A stretch of 64,000 nt of DNA. Origin: Octopus sinensis. Its lineage: Eukaryota. The stretch's first letter is position 1; each line of letters opens with the position of its first letter. Positions 1 through 13,436 of the stretch are shown piece after piece. The stretch covers positions 27,342,001 through 27,406,000 of the forward strand of contig NC_043015.1 of assembly GCF_006345805.1 (NCBI RefSeq), read 5' to 3'. Both the position numbers and the translations under genes were made by a program. Below the pieces are notes generated by a model. The model worked only from the letters and a program-made list of their open reading frames with translations. It searched no databases and was not told the DNA's origin.

Positions 1-1772
1 AATCACCAATCCAACTGACTTTTTTACCACTGCAGATATAAAATCAGAGGCGGCGACGATAGATTACATCGATATAAAGGAAGACGATGTAACCAAGGCT
101 ATAGATGAAATGAAAACAGACTCAGCTACTGGCCCCGATGGATTCCCGGAATCCTCCTAAAAGCATGTAAGAGAGTCCTAGCAAGACCACTGCAGTTCCT
201 CTTTCAGAGCTTCCTTGCAGCTGGCAAAATTCCAGGAAAACTGAAGGAAGGTAAAATATGCCCCATTCATAAAGGAGGTAGCAGAGCGGAAGCCAAGAAC
301 TATAGACCTATCTCTCTGACCTCACACATCAGCAAGGTCATGGAACGAATAGTCAGAAGGAAGCTGATCACCTTCCTTGAAGAGAATGACTTGCTGCCCG
401 ACACCCAACATGGTTTCCGACCAGGGAGAAGCTGTTTAACTCAGCTCCTACAACACTATGACTGGGTGCTGAAACGGCTGCTCAACCACTCAAATGTGAT
501 ATATCTCGACTTTGCAAAGGCCCTTGATAAAGTCGATCATGGAATGATATGTCACAAACTGCGTGATCTCAACATAGTTGGAAAACTGGGAGAATGGCTT
601 CATGACTTTCTGAAGGATAGAAGTCAGGTGGTAGTAGCCAATGGGGCCACCTCCATTAACACACAATAGTGAGCGGTGTTCCGCAGGGCACTGTTGGGAC
701 CACTACTGTTATAATGGCCCTCTCAGACATGCCCTCAGCCACGCAGAGAGCCACGATCACAAGTTATGCAGATGATACAAAAGTTTCACAGGCAATACGG
801 AACCCTGAGGACACTAAACACCTGCAATGTGAGCTGGACGAAATATACAAGTGGGCTGAAAAGAATAGCATGCAGTTCAATGCTGAAAAGTTTCAAGCTT
901 TATACTATCAGCATGCAAAACTGAATGCAATACCCAATGAATACACTGGGCCCGGAGGGATTGCAATCCCAGAGGCACAATCAGTGCGTGACCTGGGTAT
1001 ACACATGAGTGATGACGCGACCTTTCATGTACATGTTGCTAAACTGACAATGAAATGTAGACGGCTGGCTGGCTGGATTCTTAGAACCTTTAGAACAAGA
1101 GAACAAGAAACCATGATGGTCCTCTGGAAGACACTTGTCCGAAGCCACTTTGACTATTGCTCTCAGCTATGGTCACCATCCAGTGTCAAGTTGATCACAG
1201 AACTTGAGGCGATCCAACGAAGCTACACAAAGAAGATAGCCTCTATGCAGAATGTAAGCTACTGGGAAAGACTCAAGAGATTAAAATTATATTCCCTGGA
1301 GCGTAGGCGGGAAAGATATGCCATAATATACATCTGGAAGATCCTGGAGGGAAGTGTCCTGAACTTTGGCATCGAGAGTTACGCAAATGCCAGAACTGGG
1401 AGCCACTGCGTGGTGGTGCCTAGGACTCCAAACCTGCCATCAAGATGTAGGACAAGATTCTGTGATAGCCTGGGCTTTCGAGAGGCCCACAGCTCTTCAA
1501 TATCCTCCCGAAGAACCTGAGAGACCTGCATGGGGTGGATACAGATGTCTTAAAATGAAGCTGGATCTCTTCCTGTCAGGTGTCCCAGATGAACCAACTT
1601 CACGGCAGGAGGGGCAGATGAGGGCAGCTGCATCGAACTCTCTCATGCACCAAATAGCAGTTGCTAGAAAGCCTCCATGAAGTGAAAACTAAGTAGCAAC
1701 ACCAAATGGCGGTGCCCCAGCATGGCCACAGCTCATAAGCTGAAACTAGAATCAATCAATCAATCAATCAAT
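1..1772 (+). mobile_element. CR1/L2-group non-LTR retrotransposon, 3' half (RT, frameshifted), copy 1
   Basis: ORFs 340-669 and 669-1520 carry RT motifs (QHGFRPGRSC, YLDFAKALDKVDH, GVPQG, YADD) and the C-terminal LYSLERRRERY. Ends in an (AATC)n tail. Colinear with 3971-5744. Confidence 0.92.
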
Positions 1773-1780
1773 CATATATG

Positions 1781-1814
<34 letters not shown>

Positions 1815-2147
1815 ATATGTATATATATATATATATGTATATACATATATATATGTATATATATATGTATTATACATATTATATGTATATATATATGTAT
1901 ATATATTATGTATATATAATTTATATTATTGTTATATATATGTATAGATATATATATGTATATATATAGGTATATATATTATGTATATATATATGTATAT
2001 ATATATATGCATATATATATGCATATAATATGCATATATATATGTATATATATATAATAATATTATATATATATATATGCATATATATGTATATATTATG
2101 GATGTATATATATATATGTATATAGACTATATATGTATATATGTATG

Positions 2148-2196
<49 letters not shown>

Positions 2197-2356
2197 GTAT
2201 ATATATATGTATGTATATATATTATGTATATATATATAATGTATATATATATATATAATATATATATATGTATATATATATATATATGTATATATATGTG
2301 TATATATATGTATATATATGTATATATATATGTATATATATGTATATATATGTATA

Positions 2357-2387
<31 letters not shown>

Positions 2388-2417
2388 GTATTATATTACA
2401 TTATATATATATATATA
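1773..2417. repeat. (TA)n/(TATG)n microsatellite tract
   Basis: Directly visible; source of the spurious YI-repeat ORFs. Confidence 0.97.
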
Positions 2418-5400
2418 TGCCACAGAAACCAACCACTGAAAGGAAATGGGATGGACCACGCATCACCTGCCCCAAAACGGAGGTACGCAGATGTGGTGCG
2501 TACCACAACCACCAACGTGTTGTTGAAAGGGCAGCTGCTGAGCAGAATCTTTTTGTGCATGGCACAAAAGATTGTACAGCAGCTAACCTGGCTCCATCAG
2601 ACTCAGGCTCGCAGATGGAACTGCCCACAGTTCACAAGACCGCCACAGCAGATGGACCCAGGGTGGACACCGCCGGCAACAGCATACACCTCACCTCGAT
2701 GCTCCTACTGAACATCAGAGGACTACTAACACACAGTAACAGGACAAAGGTCCCATTCCTGAGAGACTTTGTCGCATGCAATCAAGCCTTATGCATAGCA
2801 CTCACAGAAACGCATCTGAAACCGGACATAGCAGATGCGGAATTACACATACCACAGTATGTTGTACTACGGTCCGACAGGAAAGAAAGGAGTTATGGAG
2901 GAGTTGCTATGTACATCCGTGGGGACCTCACACCCCAGGTCCTTTTGTCATACTCAAACTCGGGTTTGGACACACTAATTGTACACATAAGGCAACTTGA
3001 TGTAGTTGTGTGTGCTACATATCGCCCTCCAGATGCCCCAAGTCATATGGGCAAGTTTGAGACTGCCTTTAAAAATAGAAGAAGTTCTAATCACATTAGA
3101 ACAACACATAAGTGTACTTCTCATGGGAGACTTCAATCTACCGAATGTCAGATGGCCCGAGGGCCTTTCTCTCCCAGGAATGACAAGATGTGAACGAGGA
3201 CAGGCGAGGTCCCTCCTGAACCTCATCAACACCCTGTACATGGAGCAAGTAATACTCCAACCAACCAGAGCAGGTAACACACTGGATCTCTGCTTAACGA
3301 ATAATATGGATCTCATCCATAATGTGAAAGTGACACCGACACTACTCTCGGATCACAACATGGTAGAGCTGACCATGTACGGGCCAAAAGAGAGCACGGA
3401 CATGCAGCCTACAAGAAACCCTCAGAATCTTTCCAGCTTGAACTTCAATAAGGCAAACTGGAAACAAATTGAGAAAGAGATCCTCAAACAAAACTGGCCT
3501 GAATGTCTCTCCTCGCCGGACATCGACATGATACTTCAACAATTCATGTCTGTAATGCAAACCATATGCTACAAATGTGTCCAGAGAGAAAGGCCACTGT
3601 ACACAAGAACAAAATCCCCAGAGAGAGGAAAATTTTAATGAGACGGCGTACAAAAATTTCAAATCGCCTAAACAAACAAATTGAAAGCAGTGAAAAGTCC
3701 CGCCTGAAAATAAAACTGTTGGAAATTGGAAAAATTGTCTGCAACTCTCCCATGAGAAGAAAAGAGCAGACAAAGAAGCCTGGGCTATAGACAACATAAA
3801 AACTAACCCCAGGCTTTCTACAGGTATGCCAAAGAAACAGCTGCGGTGCACTGTAGGATAGGGCCACTCCTTGAAAAGGATGGCACACTCACAGGAAAAC
3901 CAATGAGAGTAAGTGAAATACTGAATGAACAATTCAAGAGTGTTTTCACTCCACCCCTTGGGCATTTCCAAATCAGCAATCCAACTGACTTCTTTACCAC
4001 TGCAGATATAGAATCAGAGGCGGCGACGATAATTACATCGATATAAAGGAAGACGATGTTTGTAATAAAGCTATAGATGAAATGAAAAACAGACTCAGCT
4101 ATTGGCCCCGATGGATTCCCGGCAATCCTCCTAAAAGTATGTAAGAGAGTCCTAGCAAGACCACTGCAGTTCCTCTTTCAGAGCTTCCTTGCAGCTGGCA
4201 AACTTCCAAGAAAACTGAAGGAAGGTAAAATATGCCTATTCATAAAGGAGGTTAGCAGAGCGGAGGCCAAGAACTACAGACCTATCTCTCTGACCTCACA
4301 CATCAGCAAGGTCATGGAACGAATAGTCAGAAGGAAACTAATCACCTTCCTTGAAGAAAATGACTTGCTGCCTGACACCCAACATGGTTTCCGACCAGGA
4401 AGAAGCTGCTTAACTCAGCTCCTGCAGCACTATGACTGGGTGCTGAAACAACTGCTCAACCACTCAAATGTGGAAGTCATATATCTCGACTTTGCAAAGG
4501 CCTTCGATAAAGTCGATCATGGAATGATATGTCACAAACTGCGTGATTGGCATAGTTGGAAAACTAGGAGAATGGCTCCATGACTTTCTGAAGAATAGAA
4601 GTCAGGTGGTAGCAGCCAATGGGGCCACTTCCATTAGCACGCAATAGTGAGCGGTGTTCCGCAGGGCACTGTTTGGGACCACTACTGTTCATAATGGCCC
4701 TCTAGACATGCCTTCGCTACGCAGAGAGCCACGATCACAAGTTATGCAGATGATACAAAAGTTTCACAGGCAATACAGAACCCTGAGGACACTAGCACCT
4801 GCAATGTGAGCTGGACGAAACATACAAGTGGGCTGAAAAGAATAGCATGCAGTTCAATGCTGAAAAGTTTCAAGCTTTATACTATCAGCATGCAAAACTG
4901 AATGCAATACCCAATCAATACACTGGACCCGGAGGGATTGCAATCCCAGAGGCACAATCAGTGCGTGACCTGGGTATTCACATGAGTGATGACGCAACCT
5001 TTCATGTACATGTTGCTAAACTGACAATGAAATGTAGACGGCTGGCTGGCTGGATTCTTAGAACCTTTAGAACAAGAGAACAAGAAACCATGATGGTCCT
5101 CTGGAAGACACTTGTCCTAAGCCACTTTGACTATTGCTCTCAGCTATGGTCACCAACCAGTGTCAAGTTGATCACAGAACTTGAGGCGATCCAACGAAGC
5201 TACACAAAGAAGATAGCCTCTGTGCAGCATATGAGCTACTGGGAGAGACTCAAGAGATTAAAGCTCTATTCCCTGGAGCGTAGACGAGAAAGATATGCCA
5301 TAATATATATCTGGAAGATCCTGGAAGGTCTTGTCCCAGACTTTGGCATCGAGAGTCACACAAATGCCAGAACCGGACGCCACTGCGTAGTACCAAGGAC

Positions 5401-5744
5401 TCCAAATTTGCCATCAAGATGTAGGACAAGATATTGTGATAGCCTGGGCTTCAGAGGCCCACGGCTCTTCAATATCCTCCCGAAGAACCTGAGGGACCTG
5501 CATGGTGTAGATGCGGATGTCTTTAAAGTAGGACTGGATCTCTTCCTGTCAGGTGTCCCGGATGAACCAACTTCACGGCAGGAGGTGCAGATGAGGGCAG
5601 CTGCATTGAACTCTCTCATGCATCAGATGGCGTTTGCTAAAAAGCATCCGTGAGGTAAAACCGTGTAGCAAACCAAATGGCGCTGCCCCAGCATGGCCAC
5701 AGCTCATTAGCTGAAACTGGAAAAATCAAATGAAAACAATCAAT
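2418..5744 (+). mobile_element. CR1/L2-group LINE, near-complete ORF2 (APE endonuclease + RT), frameshifted, copy 2
   Basis: APE motifs (LLNIRGL, IALTETHL, GGVAMY, YRPP, MGDFNLP, LDLCLTN, SDHN) at about 2700-3370. RT motifs at 4314-5653. Same 3' end as copy 1. Confidence 0.93.
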
Positions 5745-5860
5745 ATCATATATATATATATAATATATATGTATATATATATATATATATAATTATATAT
5801 ATATATGTATATATATTATATATATATATTATATGTATATATATGTATATATATATAATG

Positions 5861-5912
<52 letters not shown>
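5745..5912. repeat. (TA)n microsatellite
   Basis: Directly visible. Confidence 0.97.
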
Positions 5913-7060
5913 GCAAAAAGCAAAAAGATTCAAGTTAATTAAATGAATTTACTTGAATATGGTACCTAACTTAGATGCACCAAAAAAAGCTATACTGTTT
6001 AACAATACAGTAATGTGGGGTGATTATAAGCGAGAAAGAAGCAACAAGAATGGATAGGTTTTTAGTTACAATCGTTTCATACAAGAACAGGCTTTATTAA
6101 AAGTTGTAAAAATTACAGCATATAAACGTGTCCCGTACTCATCAGCTAAAATACATGTGAGTTCTCTAGACATCCTAGTGGTTGAGGCTATACCATGAAG
6201 TAATGTAGATAATTAAGTAACATAAACAGATTTCCAAAGTTCATTAAAGTTCTTTAAAGATGATGTACAGTCTTATCACAGAATTTTAAAAAAGTTTTAA
6301 TAGCATCACAGAGAAGGTGACCTAATCCATAGAGCACATATGAATTTCCAGAGATATGATGAGGGATTACATACTCACAGAAGACAAATTTATCCATTGT
6401 TAATCACAACGAGGTGGGTCACAATTCCTGCTTATTAGCATTACAGAGAGGGTGAATTAATCCTTTGTATAGATGCACAATTTCCAATGGTGTAGATGTA
6501 AGTTTCCAGAGAAATGAAGAGGAATTTCATATTCACAGGCGATAAATTTATCAATGGTTGAACACAATGAGGTAGGTATCAATTCTTGCTATATGATTAG
6601 GTATTTGCCACATTAATCACATTACTGCTATTTACAAGAGGCTGTAGCTATTTAACTTTTAAAGGCTGAAGGGCTTTCTAGAGAGGCAAAGAATAGAAAG
6701 GGAAGGGAATAGAAGAAAAGAAAGAAAATAAAGGAGGAGGGAGCAAAAAAGGGGGGGGAAGGGGACTAAAAGAGAAGAGAAAAGGAAAAAGAGAATAAGA
6801 AGAAGAAAAAGAAAAAAAGAGGAAAGAGAAGAAATAGGGAAAGAAGGGAAAAAAAGAAAAAGAAAAAAAGAGGGTTCTAGTTATACAGAAGAATTAGTAG
6901 ACGGCAAGTCTGGTTTTAATTTACAGGCATCTAGGAACTAGAGGAGAATATTATTCTTTGGCCAGTAAAACAGCTAATTTATTGCTGTTGAAATCAGCTA
7001 TGAATTTAAAGAGAATCTAAAGAGATAACACAGTCAGGGGTTTAGGGGTCAGATGCTAAA
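5913..7060 (-). mobile_element. Probable inverted 3' portion/pseudo-LTR of a Penelope-like element
   Basis: Hammerhead core on the minus strand at 6061-6150. Abuts the plus-strand PLE RT at about 7060, and an inverted upstream partial copy is typical of PLEs. Assignment to the same family is inferred. Confidence 0.55.
6061..6150 (-). ncRNA. Type I hammerhead ribozyme motif with long loop II (slightly degenerate)
   Basis: Minus strand reads UUUUAG-CUGAUGA-GUAC..(long loop)..GUAU-GAAAC-GAUU-GUA-a-CUAAAA. Stems I and II pair, with one extra nucleotide at the cleavage junction. Confidence 0.55.
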
Positions 7061-8826
7061 ATCAATTTGAAGATAGAATTTGAAGATAAATTATGGACTA
7101 GAGCAGATACACCTAATTTTTTTGATATACCAATGGGTTCCAGTGATTCGGCTGAGGTAACCAACCTAGTGGGCACATATCTATTAAAATGCATAAGCAA
7201 GGATATACCAGAAATACAGGGGGCTCTATATAGGGATGATGCTCTGTTTGTTATCCCTAGTAATAATAAATCTGTTATAGAAAGGATTAGAAAGAAAATT
7301 AATAAGTTCTTTAAGGATTTCAACCTCAGTATAACGTATGAACCGGGCACTAAAATAGTTAACTTCCTAGATATTACGCTAGCCTTAACTCCAAGCTACA
7401 TTACCCATTTAGAAAGGAAGGCGAAATCACGAATTACGTAAATAAATTATCAAATCATTCCCCAATATAATAGAATCTTTAGTAAGAAATATTTCATTAA
7501 GAATTTCAAAATTATCATCCAATAAGGATATATTTAACTCCCATTCTGAGCATTATAATGAGGCGTTAACTAAGGCTGGATACAACTAAAAGATTACATT
7601 CGTTGATAAGGGGAACTCACGTATTCCTAATAATGAAGTTATCAGTAATCACGTAAGCAGCAATACAGACCAAGCCCGAAATAAAAGTAGAATTAAATAA
7701 TGGTAACGCTAATTAGCGTACAGGCCAACAATTCAAATAGAAGCATTGACCAGAACATAGGTAACTCGGATAAATGAAGTAGATAAACCTAAGATGCACA
7801 CAAATAAAAATAAAAATAATGGTAATAAATACAATAACTCTGGTGAGATGAATAGTAGTAATTCTACGAACCCTAAATTTAATAAAAAAGATATATTATG
7901 GCTGAATATCCCTTTCAACTGTGCGATACATTGGATATACAGAACAAATTCAAGTAATTCTGGAAAAAAAATTTCCCTATCTCTCATAGATATCATAGAA
8001 TTATATCTAGGAAAACAGTTAGGATTTCTTATTCAACCCTCCCAAATATGTCCACTTTAATAGCTAAGATTAATAATAAAAACATTAAACTAGCCAGGAA
8101 AGATAGAAATAAAAATAATAATATCAGCATGAATACCAATAGCATTATAATAATACTACCAACAATAAAAACAGCAATAGTAACTATCAAAACATAGGTG
8201 AAAATTAGTATCCACAGAATGACTAATAACATTAACATTAATAGTAATAATAACAATGCCGATATTAATAGAAGTAATATGTTATAATAGAAATAATAAT
8301 ATAAATATAAGGCTAATGGAGAAAATAAGGAGAATGAAAATATCAGTGATATTTATAACAGCAATATGCAGTCGGATAAAAAGACTAACAATAATAGTAA
8401 CATTACAATATATAAGCAATCATGGTAGGACTTTAGACCTAAATGATGAAGCTGAAGGATCAATAAATAATAGCAATACTTTAGATATCAGCACCAACTA
8501 TAGAAATGATAATCAAAATAATAGGAACCTAAGACATCTACCCAAGAATAATCCAAAGCCTGAAGTTGCTCCTCCTGTGTGTAAGTGTAGAATAAAATCA
8601 AAATGCCCGGCACCTGGTCTATGTGGGGAAAAATAATGTAATCTATAAATGTACCATATCCACGGAGAATAACAAATATCTTTACGTTGGATGTACAATT
8701 AATTTTCTAGCCAGAGTGAGAATCACATCTCGTCTTTAAATTACGTTATAAAGCTGGTACCACCACACTTTCAAACAAAATCTGGGAACTCAAAAATAAT
8801 AATAAAAATTATAACCTTAATTGGGA
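7061..8826 (+). mobile_element. Penelope-like element: RT + Zn-linker + GIY-YIG endonuclease (degenerate, cut by gap)
   Basis: FFDIPMGSSDSAEVTNLVG and LYRDD (PLE RT), VNFLDITL, ILWLNIPFN, CKCRIKSKCPAPGLC. After a frameshift comes VIYKC...YLYVGCT (GIY-YIG). Confidence 0.88.
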
Positions 8827-8926
8827 NNNNNNNNNNNNNNNNNNNNNNNNNNNNNNNNNNNNNNNNNNNNNNNNNNNNNNNNNNNNNNNNNNNNNNNNNN
8901 NNNNNNNNNNNNNNNNNNNNNNNNNN
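8827..8926. other. Assembly gap (100 N)
   Basis: Run of exactly 100 N. Confidence 0.99.
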
Positions 8927-9152
8927 GGACAAGTGTCTTCCAGAGGACCATCATGGTTTCTTGTTCTCTTGTTCTGAAGGTTCTAAGAACCAAGCCAGCC
9001 GTCTACATTTCATTGTCAGTTTAGCAACATGTACATGAAAGGTCGCGTCATCACTCATGTGAGTACCAGGTCACGCACTGATTGTGCCTCTGGGATGCAA
9101 TCCCTCCGGGTCCAGTGTATTTCATTGGGTATTGCATTCAGTTTTGCATGCT
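8927..9152 (-). mobile_element. CR1/L2-group LINE internal fragment, inverted
   Basis: Reverse complement matches about 911-1140 of copy 1. Confidence 0.85.
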
Positions 9153-9835
9153 GACTGGATGGATTCTTAGAGCTTTTAGAACAAGAGACCAGGAAACCAT
9201 GATGGTCCTCTGGAGGACACTTGTCCTAAGCCACTTTGACTATTGCTCTCAGTTATGGTCACCAACCAGTGTCAGATTAATCACAGAACTTGAGGCGATC
9301 CAACGAAGCTACACAAAGAAGATAGCCTCTATGCAGTATATAATCTATTGGCAAAGACTCGAGAGATTAAGACTCTATTCCTTAGAGTGTAGGCGAAAAA
9401 GATATGCCATAATATACATCTGGAAGATCCTCGATGGACTTGTCCCAAACTGTGGCATCGAGAGTTACACAAATACCAGAACTGAGCGCCACTGCATAGT
9501 GCCAAGGACTCCAAATTTGCCACCAAGATGTAGGACAAGATACCGAGATAGCTCGGGCTTCAGAGGTTCACAGCTCTTCAATATATCCTCCCGAAGGACC
9601 TGAGACCTGCATGGTGTAGATGTGGATGCCTTTAAAGTAGGACTGGATCTCTTCCTGTCAGGTGTCCCAGATGAACCAACTTCACGGCAGGAGGTGCAGA
9701 TGAGGGCAGCTGCATCAAACTCTCTCATACACCAAATGTCAATTGCTAAAAAGCATTCGTGAAGTAAAATCATGTAGCGACACCGAATGGCATGGCCACA
9801 GCTCGTGAGCTGAAACTAGATAGAATAAAAAAATT
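9153..9835 (+). mobile_element. CR1/L2-group LINE 3' end, copy 3 (5'-truncated)
   Basis: ORF 9082-9603 (HFDYCSQLWSP, LYSLECRRKRY) and the conserved 3' end CATGGCCACAGCTC...GCTGAAACTAGA. Confidence 0.9.
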
Positions 9836-9839
9836 AAAA

Positions 9840-10950
9840 ATCTATATATATATGCACATATATATATATATACATATATAATATATATATGTATATATAT
9901 ATACAATATATATATATGTATATATATGCATAATATATATATATATGCATATATATATATATCATCATCATCATCATCGTCGTATATATACGTCTATCTC
10001 CAATGCATATATATATATATATATGCATATATATATTATATATATGCAGATATATATATATATATATGCATATATATATATATATGCATATATATATATA
10101 TATATATATATATGCATATATATATAATGCATATATGCATATATATATATATGCATATGATATATATATATGCATATGCATATATATATATATGCATATG
10201 CATATATATATATATGCATATATATATATATGCATAATATATATATATAGCATATATATATATATATATTGCATAGGCATATATATTATATATATGCATA
10301 TATATGCATATATATGCTATATATATATGCATAGTGCATATATATATGATATATATATATATGCATATGCATGATATATATATATATGCATATATATATA
10401 GGCATATGCATTATATATCTATATATGCATATATATATATATATGCATATTATATATATATATGCATATATATATATATATGGCATATATATATATGCAT
10501 ATATATATATTATGCATATATATATATATGCATATATATATATAGTATTATATTATATATGCATATATATATTATATATGCATATGCATATATATATATA
10601 TATGCATTAGGCATATTATATATGATATAATATATATATGCATATGCCATAATATATATGCATATATATATATATGCATAGCATATGCATATATATATAT
10701 GCATATATATATATATATATATATATAGATGCATATAATATATATATGATGCATATATATAGATATATGCAATATATATATATATAAATGCGTGTATATA
10801 TATATATATATGGTGTATATATATATATATGCGTGATATACTATTATATATATGCATATATATATTATGTATATATATATATATATATGAAATATCTATA
10901 GGTATATATATACATATATATATATATATATTGTGTGTGCTTATATATAT
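9840..10950. repeat. Long (TA)n microsatellite with TATGCA variant units
   Basis: Directly visible. Confidence 0.97.
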
Positions 10951-11019
10951 ACACAACGTCCTTTATATCTTTATATACTTATTTTTTACATCTTTACTTT
11001 TTTTATTATATTACTTTAC

Positions 11020-11410
11020 TCTTTTCTCTTTTACTCGTTTCAGTCATTTGACTGCGGCCATGCTGGAAGCACCGCCTAAATCGAAACTCGACCCCGGGAC
11101 TTATTCTTTTGTAAGCCCAGTACTTATTCTATCGGTCTCTTTTGCCGAACCGCTAAGAAACGGGGACATAAACACACCAGCATCGGTTGTCAAGCAATGC
11201 TAGGGAGACAATCACAGACACACGCATATATATATGTATACATATATACGACGGGCTTCTTTCAGTTTCCGTCTACCAAATCCACTCACAAGGCTTTGGT
11301 CGGCCCGAGGCTATAGCAAAAGACACCTGCCCAAGGTGCCACGCAGTGGGACTGAACCCGGAACTATGTGGTTGGTAAACAAGCTACTTACCACACAGCC
11401 ACTCCTGCGC
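11020..11410 (-). mobile_element. tRNA-derived SINE (family A)
   Basis: Minus strand has a GTGGCTGTGTGGTAAG...GGTTCAGTCCCAC head (A/B-box-like) and a 3' tail resembling the CR1/L2 LINE end. Further copies at 14820, 22060, 28565, 30180 and 49165. Confidence 0.8.
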
Positions 11411-11624
11411 CTATTGTATATTTATTATTATCCTTCATAATTATGTTTAAATTTATATATATATTTTTTTCTTTTTTGCGATCCCAACTTCATTAAAGTT
11501 TCACCGCCTTCCCCTCCTTTCCTCTTTCTCTCAACATCCAATTCCTTCCCATATATGAAGTAATCTACCCAGTATTCATTCTTTATCGAGTGAAGAAAAG
11601 GTATGGATGATTTGTTTTGGAGTC

Positions 11625-11890
11625 TCTGGACTGGCTTCTGTGCCGGTGGCATGTAAAAAGCACCAACTGATCGTGCCCGCTGCAAGTCCCCCTGGCACCT
11701 GTGACGGCGGCACAAAAAAAGCACCCACTATGCTCATAGAGTGGTTGGCGTTAGGAAGGGCATCTACCTGTAGAAACACTGCCAGATCAGACTGGAGCCT
11801 GGTGCAGCCTCCTGGCTTCCCAGACCCCTGTGAAACTGACCAACCCGTGCTAGCACGGAAAACGGACGTTAAATGATGATGATGATGATT
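11625..11890 (+). mobile_element. RTE LINE 3' UTR fragment with (GAT)n tail
   Basis: Matches 25600-25798. Confidence 0.85.
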
Positions 11891-13401
11891 CTCCCTCTTT
11901 GTTTCTCTCTCACTTTCCCCACTCTCTTACTCTTCCTTTCTCTCGGACTCTCCCTCGCTTTCTCTTCTCTATCTTTATTATCTCTCTCCCCATTATAAAC
12001 AACAAAAGATTGAGTAAGTTGAGAAATAAAATATTTAGAAAGATCAATCATAAATATCAGGCAGTAACAATGGAAAGGTCTGCTTCAAGGCAGACAGCAA
12101 AACACTAACATTTAAAAGGGACAGACGAACTTGCGAGCTGAATTAAAATAATAAAATATTGGAAACCAAAGTTTGAAGGGATAGAATCTGAGGATAGTAG
12201 AGTCACCATGGCTGGCATTTCTTAACGACGGACAGCAATGTTTTAACAGTTTAACGGCTGGTGTAAAATTTTGCACTTGATGTAAAAGAAAATCCCTAAA
12301 CACCAAGTTCTGAAGTGATTCTTTCTCATGACAGTAGACTCACCATGGCAAGCATTCAAAACTTCTTCATCATGGACGGCAACACATTGACGATTAAAAG
12401 GCTGGCGCAAATTTTTTTAGCTTGATGTAACAGAGAATTCCTAAACACCCGCTCCTTTAACATTTTGGTTAATATAACCCGATTTCATTTGGGTCTACTG
12501 GGGCCACATTTTATAAGATGAGGAATTTTGTCCTAGAGGTCACGCCATTCATTTGAGGGAAAAAAATAGTTGTCATGCAAACTTGCGAGCATAGGTCTGC
12601 ATATTTTCAGCTCAACCGACCACATAATGCACACATTATATATATGTATATATGTGTGTGTGTGTTGGAGTCTCTCTCATACGTGAGCGTTGACGCTGAA
12701 TTCAACTGGTAAGCAGGTAACCTTGTCTTTGTTGAAATAGTTGTGAGCTGCTGGAGTTATTTCTCTGACGGGTAATAGGAATTTCCATATCCTCCGAGAA
12801 AATTAACTGTTGACCCAGACAATTAGAATTAATTTTAATAAAAGCATTAATTTAAGAAAAAATAATAAAGTAGTAAAAAATGAAAATTTAGCACGAAAAA
12901 TTTGCAGGGTTCTAAATAAATGTTAAAATGTAATAGATACGAAAAACCTACGTTATCACCAGAACACGAACGCTGGTTGGTGTGTTCTGTTTGTATTTGC
13001 TCCATCGGCGCGTTGACAGGCAGACAATAGTATGCGATGGCAGTGACAATGATAATTCTCTCTATGAATGCAGAGAGATACATAAAAGAAGGCCGTTTGA
13101 AGAGGTGAAAGTAATGGGAATGTATGAAATAGAGTGAGTGAAAAAGTGCTGGGAAGAGAGGAAATAGCGAGAGTGAGTTGAGGAAGACAGATACATTAAA
13201 GAACAGGAGTGGACTTGTCAAAGTGGGTTTTTGGCCCTAGCAACGACACCTTTTAAGATAGGGATTTCTAAGGTAGCCCACGGGCATCGTCACCTCATTT
13301 TACATGTCCCTGTAAATTTTGGAGTGAATCCAACGGGATGTAGTGGCCTTGAAAGTGATCCAAGCGGTAAAAATGCATTTCAGTTTTATATATAGAGAAG
13401 A
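11891..13401 (-). mobile_element. Non-autonomous Helitron, 3'-truncated (same family as 46182-48228)
   Basis: 5' end A|TC at 13401 on the minus strand. Extensive reverse-complement similarity to 46182-46620 and 47400-48160. Confidence 0.8.
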
Positions 13402-13405
13402 TATG

Positions 13406-13436
<31 letters not shown>

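Noticed and set aside
1722-2711. Many ORFs rich in YI/CI/HT dipeptides (also 9834-10956, 35333-35832, 36561-37048, 59570-59935)
   Set aside because: These are translations of (TA)n/(CA)n microsatellites, not genes.
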